Shown in pieces: positions 1 through 6,469 of a DNA stretch of 32,000 nt. How positions within the stretch are numbered: position 1 is the first letter of the stretch; each line of letters starts with the position of its first letter. Source of the DNA: Ramlibacter sp. (GTDB taxonomy: Bacteria; Pseudomonadota; Gammaproteobacteria; Burkholderiales; Burkholderiaceae_C); contig NZ_DASZSE010000028.1 in NCBI RefSeq assembly GCF_035548915.1, positions 65,223 through 97,222 of the forward strand. The letters are read 5' to 3'. The notes under the pieces were generated by a model. That model did not search any database and had not been told where the DNA came from. It worked only from the letters and a program-made list of their open reading frames with translations. The position numbers were made by a program, and so were the translations under genes.

Positions 1-35
1 ATCGCTCCCGATGAGAGATTTCCCGCGCGGCGGCC

Positions 36-533
36 TCAGTGCGACGGTGCGCCGAAGGGGTTCATGCCCGCCTGCGGCGCCGGCGCCGATTCCGCGCGCT
101 GCTGCGCGAGCCGGAACGCCGCGACGGCTTCTTCCAGCGTGCGCGCACCGGCGACGCCGGCAGGCGGCGCGTTCGAGGCTTCGCGCTGCGCGCGCTGCGC
201 CTGCGCGGCCTTGCGCGACTGTTCCACGCGATCGATGAATTCCTGCATGGCCGCGGAGGCCGCGGCGCGGCGTGCCGCGGCCTGCGCTTCCGGCTGCGCC
301 AGCGCGCCGGCGACTGGCACCGCTGTCAGCTGCGAGGCGTCCGCCGGTGTCACGGGCTCGGCGGGCGCCCGGGCCGCATCGGCCGGGCGGGACAACGCGG
401 TCGCGGGCCCGATGCGCGCCGCGGCAGGCGCTTCAGGCGCCGCCCGATAAACGAGCCATGCCACGACCGCGCCGAAGGTTGCGAGCACCGCGAGCACGAC
501 TGCCCGGTAGGGGCTTCCCGAGGGCGACCGCAT
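36..533 (-). CDS. hypothetical single-pass membrane-anchored Ala/Pro-rich protein (165 aa)
   Basis: ORF track 36..533(-). The ATG lies 7 nt after the stop of the upstream 541..1629 gene, suggesting an operon. There is one N-terminal hydrophobic helix (AVVLAVLATFGAVVAWLVY), then an A/P/Q-rich tail. Third codon positions are strongly G/C, as in neighbouring genes. The competing + strand ORFs (39..566, 64..450) are Arg/Cys-rich shadow frames. No family recognised. Confidence 0.5.
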   Translation of the reverse strand: MRSPSGSPYRAVVLAVLATFGAVVAWLVYRAAPEAPAAARIGPATALSRPADAARAPAEPVTPADASQLTAVPVAGALAQPEAQAAARRAAASAAMQEFIDRVEQSRKAAQAQRAQREASNAPPAGVAGARTLEEAVAAFRLAQQRAESAPAPQAGMNPFGAPSH

Positions 534-540
534 CGCCCGG

Positions 541-1629
541 CTAATTCTTCGCCGGCAGGCCGATGAGCATCGCGGGGTCTTCGGGACGCCCGAACTTCAC
601 GCCGCCGCCCTTCGGCACGGCCTGGATCGCGCCCGAATTGGTCTGATTGGAAATCGAGTTGACCGGTGCGATGCCGACCGAGCCGTCGTTGAACACGGTG
701 AGCTCGAACACCGTCCACAGATCCTTGGGCCCCGTGAAGCCGCTCGCGGGCGGCGTGTAGGTATAGCTCGCGCCGTTGCCGAATTCGAGCCGCACCGATG
801 CCCCCGACGTGCCGATGTTGGCGGCTCCGGCATAGTGATGGACCGAGTAGCGGTAGACGCCCGGCTTCAGCAGGGTCTGCGTGCCGGTGGCGGGACAGGT
901 GATGGTCTCCGGACCGAACGACGTCACGTCGTCGACGTCCAGCGCGCAGATGCCGCCCGCGGTCTTGTTGGCGTAGTAGACGTGCCAGCGGCCGCCCGCG
1001 CCGTCCGGCCCGGTGAGGTGCGAGTCGAGGTCCGACGGGTCCGCGCCCCACGTGAGGATGATGCGGAACTGGCCCGAGGCGAGCCCGCCGCTGTTGGAGC
1101 CGACCGGCGACATCGCGATCGAGACCGGCGTGCTCACGTTGCACGCGAGGGAAGCCGCGCGGCCCGATGAGACGTAACCCGACGCCACCACGGTGAAGGA
1201 GACGAAGCTCTGCGGCAGCGTCGTGAACGTCGCGATTCCATCCTGGTTCGTGGTGGCCGTCTGCGACGCGGCCAGCACGGTGGCGCCGGAGATCGCCTGG
1301 CCCGTCACCGCATTGCGTACCTGGACCTGAGCCGCCGCGCAGTTGTAGTCGCCGCCGAAGCGCGTGAGCCCGCTCGGCACGAGGTGCAGCGTGACCGGGT
1401 CGAAGCGCCAGGTCACGTTGAAGTCGAATTCCTGCGTGGTGAAGGTGCCCGGCTGGAACGGATTTTCCACGGGCACGAGCAGGTGCATGTTCTCGATGAG
1501 TACCTCGTCGTGCGAGATGCCCGTGCCATGCGAGTTCGAAAAATCGATGTTGAGCTGTGCCCGTGCGCCGCCCGCGACGAGCGAGAGTGCGAGCGCGAGC
1601 ACCCGGATGAATACGGAATGCCACTTCAT
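541..1629 (-). CDS. secreted hypothetical protein (362 aa) with signal peptide, carboxypeptidase-regulatory-like beta-sandwich and a C-terminal YfaP/DUF2135-like module
   Basis: ORF track 541..1629(-). A strong SD (AAGGAGA) lies about 6 nt upstream of the ATG. The N-terminus MKWHSVFIRVLALALSLVAGGARA/QL looks like a Sec signal peptide. The segment VRNAVTGQAISGATVLAASQTATTNQDGIATFTTLPQSFVSFTVVASGYV matches the CarboxypepD_reg-type pattern. The segment ILTWGADPSDLDSHLTGPDG..WHVYYANK..LDVDDVTSFGPETI recalls the DUF2135 pattern (LTW..DLDLH..). Both domain calls are from memory only. Confidence 0.7.
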   Translation of the reverse strand: MKWHSVFIRVLALALSLVAGGARAQLNIDFSNSHGTGISHDEVLIENMHLLVPVENPFQPGTFTTQEFDFNVTWRFDPVTLHLVPSGLTRFGGDYNCAAAQVQVRNAVTGQAISGATVLAASQTATTNQDGIATFTTLPQSFVSFTVVASGYVSSGRAASLACNVSTPVSIAMSPVGSNSGGLASGQFRIILTWGADPSDLDSHLTGPDGAGGRWHVYYANKTAGGICALDVDDVTSFGPETITCPATGTQTLLKPGVYRYSVHHYAGAANIGTSGASVRLEFGNGASYTYTPPASGFTGPKDLWTVFELTVFNDGSVGIAPVNSISNQTNSGAIQAVPKGGGVKFGRPEDPAMLIGLPAKN

Positions 1630-1811
1630 GATGTTCTCCTTCCAGTGAAACCAGCCTCAACCGGCAAGTATGAGCATCTCGCGCGGCCGAGCCAACCCCA
1701 ATTTCGAGGGGATTGATGCGCCGCAAGGTTCGGCTCGGACCCGTCCGACAGCGGCCGGGCACGTGAGCCGACTCGCGCGCGCCCAGCGCGACCGCACACT
1801 GGCGCGGCAAA

Positions 1812-1829
1812 CGAAGGAAGCGAAGGAAG
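1812..1829 (+). repeat. perfect tandem duplication of a 9-mer (CGAAGGAAG x2) that duplicates the Shine-Dalgarno of the acidic-protein gene
   Basis: Read directly: acGAAGGAAGCGAAGGAAGCatcaccATG. The second AAGGAAG ends 7 nt before the ATG at 1837. Confidence 0.6.
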
Positions 1830-1836
1830 CATCACC

Positions 1837-2172
1837 ATGGCCTACAGCAGCATCGTCGGCGCGGACCGCGCGCCGGAGCAGCCTTCAGGACGCGACGCCG
1901 AACGGCTCGGGCCGAGCGACAACTCCGACAGCGGCAGCGACACCATCGGAACCCGCGAGCGCCGGGCCGACAGCGACGCCGAGGGCACGGGCGAGCGCGG
2001 CGCCGTCGCGGGCGCCGACGCGATCGAAGGCGGCGACATCCTGCCCGACCGCGTCGTGAACCTCGCGGAAGGCGAAGGCTTTCCCGAAGCCGACCCCGAC
2101 TCGCAGGAATTCACCGACCTCGACAGCGAAGAGCCGCAAGACACGGACGACGACGAAGGGCCGGCGGCATGA
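1837..2172 (+). CDS. small, extremely acidic, low-complexity (probably disordered) protein, 111 aa
   Basis: ORF track 1837..2172(+). It has an ATG with an AAGGAAG SD and high GC3. By my count there are about 31 Asp/Glu, 8 Arg and no Lys. The motif LGPSDNSDSGSD...DSDAEGTGERG...DILPDR recalls a hypothetical-protein family seen in Burkholderiales (from memory). The stop overlaps the recQ-like start in an ATGA at 2169-2172. Confidence 0.6.
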   Translation: MAYSSIVGADRAPEQPSGRDAERLGPSDNSDSGSDTIGTRERRADSDAEGTGERGAVAGADAIEGGDILPDRVVNLAEGEGFPEADPDSQEFTDLDSEEPQDTDDDEGPAA

Positions 2173-3869
2173 CCGCGGCCGCGCGGGCGAGAGCGCGCCG
2201 CGCGGCCATCACCCCCGCGCGCCTGCGCCGGACGCTGAAGGAGCGCTTCGGCATCTCGCGGCTGCGCCCGGGCCAGCAGCGCGTGATCGACCGCGTGCTG
2301 CAGGGGCTTCCCACGCTCGCGATCATGCCCACCGGCGCGGGCAAGTCGCTTTGCTACCAGCTGCCCGCCGTCCTGCTGCCCGGGCGAACCGTCGTGGTGT
2401 CGCCGCTTATCGCGCTCATGAAGGACCAGTGCGAGACACTGCGCTCGCTCGGCATCGCCGCGGTGCAGGTGAATAGCGCAACCGGCAGCGACGAAGAAAG
2501 GGCGGCCGAAGCTTCGGTCGCCGATGGCTCCGCGCGTATCGTCATGACGACGCCCGAGCGCCTGGCCGAGCCCGCGTTCCTCGAACTGCTGGGCTCGCAT
2601 CCCGTGAGTCTGCTCGCGGTCGACGAGGCGCACTGCATCTCCCAGTGGGGCCACGACTTCCGGCCCGCGTTTCTCGAAGTGGGGCCCGCGCTGGCGCGCC
2701 TCGGGCGACCCACCGTGCTCGCGCTCACCGCGACGGCCGGCGAAGACGTTGCGCGCGACTTGCGCGAGCAGCTGGGCATTCCGCCCGAGGGCGTGGTCAA
2801 CACGAGCAGCTACCGCCCCAATCTCGACCTGCGCGTCGAGCCGATCGCCAGGCCGCAAGACAAGCTCGAACGCACGCTGAAGCTCGTGCGCGGCAGCGAG
2901 GGCAGCGGCCTCGTCTATTGCGCGACGATTCGCGCGGCGCATGCGGTTCACGAGGCGCTCACGGCCAGAGGCGAGTCGGCCGGCCTCTACCACGGCCGCC
3001 TGCCGCCGGCCGAACGGCACGCGATGCAGGAACGCTTCATGGCCGGCGAACTGCGCGTCATGGTAGCCACCAACGCCTTCGGCCTGGGCATCGACAAGCC
3101 CGACATCCGCTTCGTGATCCACTACCAGCTCACACCGCGCATCGAGGCCTACTACCAGGAGGCCGGGCGCGCGGGGCGCGACGGCGCGCCCGCGCGCTGC
3201 ACGCTGCTCTACCTGCGCGGCGACAAGGCCATCCAGCAGTTCTTCATGGTCGGGCGCTACCCGAGCGCCGAGGATGCGATCGCTTTGCACCAGGCCCTGC
3301 ACGAGGCGCCGCCCGGCGCGAAGGCGTGGACGCTCGCGCTCCTGCAAGGGCGGCTCGCCCGTGCGCGCAGCAAGCTGCAGGTCGCCCTGGGCCTGATGCG
3401 GCGCAGGGGAATCGTGCGGCAGGACTCGGGTGGCGGCATCTCGCTTGCGAATGGCGGCATCGCAAGCGCCGTGCTGGGCGAGCTCATGGCGGCCTACGAA
3501 ACCAAGCGCGCGCAGGACCGCGAAGCGCTCGAGCAGATGGTGGCCTACGCGCAGACCGGTCAGTGCCGCTGGCGCGTGCTGCTGGACGAGATGGACGAAG
3601 GCGCGCCCTTCGAGCGTTGCGGCCACTGCGACAACTGCAGGCGCATCGCCGCGCACGAGAAAGTGCTCGATCAGCTCGAAAAGGAGCCTCTCGGCGGGCA
3701 TGCGGCCGATGCGGCGCAGGGTGCCTGCGCCTGGCGGCGCGGCGACATCGTGCGGGTGCGCCGCTTCGGCCGCGGCATCGTGGAGCAGGCGAGCACGCAG
3801 GAAGTCACGGTGAAATTCGCGGACGGGAGCCGGCGGGCGTTCCTGCCTGAATTTGTTTCGCGCCAGTAG
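2169..3869 (+). CDS. recQ: RecQ-family ATP-dependent DNA helicase (566 aa) with a non-canonical C-terminus
   Basis: Helicase motifs are present: PTGAGKS (I), DEAHCISQWGHDFRP (II, DEAH), LTATA (III), ATNAFGLGIDKPDIRFVIHY and QEAGRAGRDG (V/VI). The RecQ zinc-binding Cys cluster is present (CRWRVLL...CGHCDNC). After the Zn module no HRDC-like sequence is seen; instead there is a roughly 45-aa Tudor-like tail (see findings). Confidence 0.9.
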   Translation: MTAAARARARRAAITPARLRRTLKERFGISRLRPGQQRVIDRVLQGLPTLAIMPTGAGKSLCYQLPAVLLPGRTVVVSPLIALMKDQCETLRSLGIAAVQVNSATGSDEERAAEASVADGSARIVMTTPERLAEPAFLELLGSHPVSLLAVDEAHCISQWGHDFRPAFLEVGPALARLGRPTVLALTATAGEDVARDLREQLGIPPEGVVNTSSYRPNLDLRVEPIARPQDKLERTLKLVRGSEGSGLVYCATIRAAHAVHEALTARGESAGLYHGRLPPAERHAMQERFMAGELRVMVATNAFGLGIDKPDIRFVIHYQLTPRIEAYYQEAGRAGRDGAPARCTLLYLRGDKAIQQFFMVGRYPSAEDAIALHQALHEAPPGAKAWTLALLQGRLARARSKLQVALGLMRRRGIVRQDSGGGISLANGGIASAVLGELMAAYETKRAQDREALEQMVAYAQTGQCRWRVLLDEMDEGAPFERCGHCDNCRRIAAHEKVLDQLEKEPLGGHAADAAQGACAWRRGDIVRVRRFGRGIVEQASTQEVTVKFADGSRRAFLPEFVSRQ

Positions 3870-4266
3870 CGCAGGACGCGGCCGAGCCGAGCTTGGCCGA
3901 GCCGGCGTAGAGTCCTGCCGCCGCGGCGAAGCCCGTGGAGAACGCCACCAGCGCCACGAGCGCCATGCCGCGCTGCGAGCCGCCCTTGCGGCGATGTTCA
4001 CCCTCGCGGGAAAGCAGCAGTTGCTGCATCATCGCTTCGGCTTGCGCATGCGCGCTCGTGCCGGGGGAAGTCGTGGATGCGGCCGCCTTCGCTGCGGCGG
4101 CCTGGGCCGCGGCCGTCGCGCGAGCGCGCGCCTGCGCAAGCGCGACCTCTTGGGCATGCGCGGCTTCCGCCTTCGCGTACACCACGCCGCACGCCGGGCA
4201 GGCGTAGTCGGCACCCGTATCCGATTCGCTACGCGTGTAGCCGCATCTGATGCATGTTCTGGCCAT
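3805..4266 (-). CDS. zinc-ribbon domain protein with one predicted TM helix (153 aa)
   Basis: ORF track 3805..4266(-). A GGAGGG SD lies 5 nt upstream of the ATG. The N-terminus has a CxxC...CxxC pattern (CIRCGY...CPACGVVY), followed by an Ala/Gln-rich segment and a hydrophobic helix (GMALVALVAFSTGFAAAAGLYAG). The 3' end overlaps the recQ 3' end convergently by 65 nt, so the extreme C-terminus is uncertain. Confidence 0.55.
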   Translation of the reverse strand: MARTCIRCGYTRSESDTGADYACPACGVVYAKAEAAHAQEVALAQARARATAAAQAAAAKAAASTTSPGTSAHAQAEAMMQQLLLSREGEHRRKGGSQRGMALVALVAFSTGFAAAAGLYAGSAKLGSAASCATGAKQIQAGTPAGSRPRISP

Positions 4267-4335
4267 GACGTCCCTCCACGGCGCGCCTCTCGCTTCGAAC
4301 TCTAGCGCGAGCCTGCCCGGCTGCCACCGGCCGCT

Positions 4336-5244
4336 CTAGCGCGCGAGCGTCGACGCCCCGAACAGGCTCTGGATGAAATCCACCGCGAGCTCGGCCGTGC
4401 GGTTGCGCACGTCGAGCGCCGGATTGATCTCCACCACGTCGAGCGAGGCAAGCCGCCCCGTGTCCGCGATCATCTCCATGCACAGCTGCATCTCGCGATA
4501 AGTCGGCCCGCCGCGCACGCCGGTGCCCACGCCCGGCGCTTCCATCGGGTCGAGGCAGTCGAGGTCGAAGCTCACGTGCAGGTGCGTGTTCTCGTCCACG
4601 TCGGCCAGCACTTCGGTCATCGTGTGGCGCATGCCGTGCTCGTCGATGTGACGCATGTCGTAGACCGACAGGCCGAGGTCGCGGATCGCCCGCTTCTCTT
4701 CGGCATCCACGCTGCGAATGCCGATGAAGTCGATCTGATCGGGCGCGAGCGCCGCGCGCTCGCCGCTCCAGCCGACGAGCGCCGAGGGCCCGTGGCCCAG
4801 CAGGCACGCGACCGGCATGCCGTGCAGGTTGCCGCTCGGACTGATCGCTTCGGTATTCACGTCGCTGTGCGCATCGAGCCACACCACGCGCAGGTGCCTG
4901 CCCTGTTCGCGGCAGTGACGTGCCACCGCGCTGATCGAGCCGATGGCGAGACAATGATCGCCGCCCATGAGCACCGGCACGTGGCGTTCGGCCAGCGCCG
5001 CGGACACCGCGCCGAAGACCGCGCGATTCCACTCCACCACTTCGCTCAGGTGCCGCACGCCCAGCGACGGCGGCAGCCACGGATTGGGCGGGCCCGCGAG
5101 GTTGCCGCGATCGATCACATCGAGCAGATGACCGCGCAATCCTTCCACGATGCCGGCCACGCGCAGCGCATCCGGCCCCATGCCCGCGCCGCGCGTGCTC
5201 GCGCCGACGTCGGTCGGCGCACCGATGAGGCTCACCGTGGTCAT
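4336..5244 (-). CDS. rocF: arginase (302 aa)
   Basis: The real start is Met98 of ORF 4336..5535(-), preceded by AAGGAG with an 8-nt spacer. Ureohydrolase Mn-binding motifs are present: GGDHCLAIG, WLDAHSDVNT, SFDLDCLDP. The arginase-type SPSGNLHGMP is present, and the protein aligns end to end with Bacillus RocF as I remember it. Confidence 0.88.
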   Translation of the reverse strand: MTTVSLIGAPTDVGASTRGAGMGPDALRVAGIVEGLRGHLLDVIDRGNLAGPPNPWLPPSLGVRHLSEVVEWNRAVFGAVSAALAERHVPVLMGGDHCLAIGSISAVARHCREQGRHLRVVWLDAHSDVNTEAISPSGNLHGMPVACLLGHGPSALVGWSGERAALAPDQIDFIGIRSVDAEEKRAIRDLGLSVYDMRHIDEHGMRHTMTEVLADVDENTHLHVSFDLDCLDPMEAPGVGTGVRGGPTYREMQLCMEMIADTGRLASLDVVEINPALDVRNRTAELAVDFIQSLFGASTLAR

Positions 5245-5383
5245 CCGCACTGCTCCTTCGAAACGCGCACGCAACGCCCGCATTGTCGGTGACGCGCGGC
5301 GGTCGTGGTGCAACAGGACGCGCGCGGCACAGGAAGACGATCGGCACCGCCGCGACGCCCGGCCAGCCGAACGCCGGCGCAGG

Positions 5384-6394
5384 TCAGGCGAACTGAAGCT
5401 TGAACCCCGGCTTGCGTTCGCCCACCTGCGTGCCCTTCGTGTTCGCGATCGGTTCGCTGCGCCACGGCCTGAGCTCCTCGCGCTGGCGCGCGTCGAGCCA
5501 GCCGAGCTGATCGAGGACGGCAATGGTCGCGGCATTCACCGCGACCTTGTTGCCGTCGGCGATCTTCAGCGCGAAGGCCTGCCCGCGGCTCTTGCTCGCG
5601 AAAGCCTGCATGCCGTCGGCGCCGGCCTTGGTGACCCAGTCGCCCCGGCCCGCGCGCATGAAGGCGAGGTCGGCGCGGCCCGTGCCCGACACCAGCTCGG
5701 GATGCGAAGTCATCGCGTCCGACAAAAGCGCGAACGCCTCGCCGAATTCGGGATCGGCCGCGCCGCTCGCGAGCCGCGCATAGCCGCGCGCGAGCGCGGA
5801 AAGCGGCATCGCGTAATTCGGCGCCGAGCAGCCGTCGATGCCGATCTTCAGGTCCTCGGGACCGAGCCCCACGGCCGCGGCCACGTCGCGCCGCACGGCC
5901 TGCTGCACGGGGTGTCCCGGGGCGAGATAGTTGCCCACGGGCTGGCCGTTCTGCACGCAGCACGCGAGAAAGCCCGTGTGCTTGCCGCTGCAGTTGTGGC
6001 TGCGCTCGTCGTACGTTCCGGGCGCGGGCGGCGGCACCCCCATCGTCTCTGCGTAGTACGGCACGTGGCAGCCGCACTGCAGCTGCCGGTACGTGAGGCC
6101 GGCCTTGTCCAGCATGCCGGTCACCTGCTGGACGTGCATCGGCTCGCCGCTGTGGCTTGCGCACAGCATCGCGACGTCCTGTTTCGTGAAGTTGAAGAGG
6201 CGCGGACCGCCCGACCTCACGAACGGCAGCGCCTGCAGGGCCTTGAGCGTGGAGCGGGTGAAGCTCACCCACTCGGGGTCCGCGGCCGACGCGACCAGTT
6301 TGCCCTGCGTGTCGCACACGGCCACGGCGCCGAAGTGGATGCATTCGAGGGTGCCGCCTCGGTACAGCTCGATCAGGGGGACCAGTCCGCTCAT
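5384..6394 (-). CDS. asparaginase-II family protein (Rhizobium-etli-type L-asparaginase, PF06089-like), 336 aa
   Basis: This is the C-terminal 336 codons of the 1054-aa ORF 5384..8548(-), starting at MSGLVPLIELYRGGTLECIHFG. Family hallmarks are present: HNCSGKHTGFL, IDGCSAPNY, KAGADG. The upstream part of that ORF is an Arg-rich shadow frame of the carboxyltransferase gene. Confidence 0.82.
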   Translation of the reverse strand: MSGLVPLIELYRGGTLECIHFGAVAVCDTQGKLVASAADPEWVSFTRSTLKALQALPFVRSGGPRLFNFTKQDVAMLCASHSGEPMHVQQVTGMLDKAGLTYRQLQCGCHVPYYAETMGVPPPAPGTYDERSHNCSGKHTGFLACCVQNGQPVGNYLAPGHPVQQAVRRDVAAAVGLGPEDLKIGIDGCSAPNYAMPLSALARGYARLASGAADPEFGEAFALLSDAMTSHPELVSGTGRADLAFMRAGRGDWVTKAGADGMQAFASKSRGQAFALKIADGNKVAVNAATIAVLDQLGWLDARQREELRPWRSEPIANTKGTQVGERKPGFKLQFA

Positions 6395-6421
6395 CGGGGG
6401 GATTATCGGGCTTGGCCTTGT

Positions 6422-6452
6422 CGCGCGCATGACCTTCGGCGAATTGCGCGCG
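6422..6452. promoter_or_regulatory. candidate operator: 8-bp perfect inverted repeat CGCGCGCA-N15-TGCGCGCG in the 75-bp divergent intergenic region
   Basis: Read directly between the asparaginase start (6394) and the BCCP-CT start (6470). (CG)n-type words are common in this genome, so chance is a real possibility. Confidence 0.2.
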
Positions 6453-6469
6453 GACTTACCATCGCCGCG

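Noticed and set aside
4300-4343. Direct repeat of CTCTAGCGCG (4300..4309 and 4334..4343). The second copy spans the arginase stop codon.
   Set aside because: It is short (10 nt), G/C-rich and lacks flanking similarity. It may be a tiny 3'-end duplication, but there is no evidence of function or mobility.
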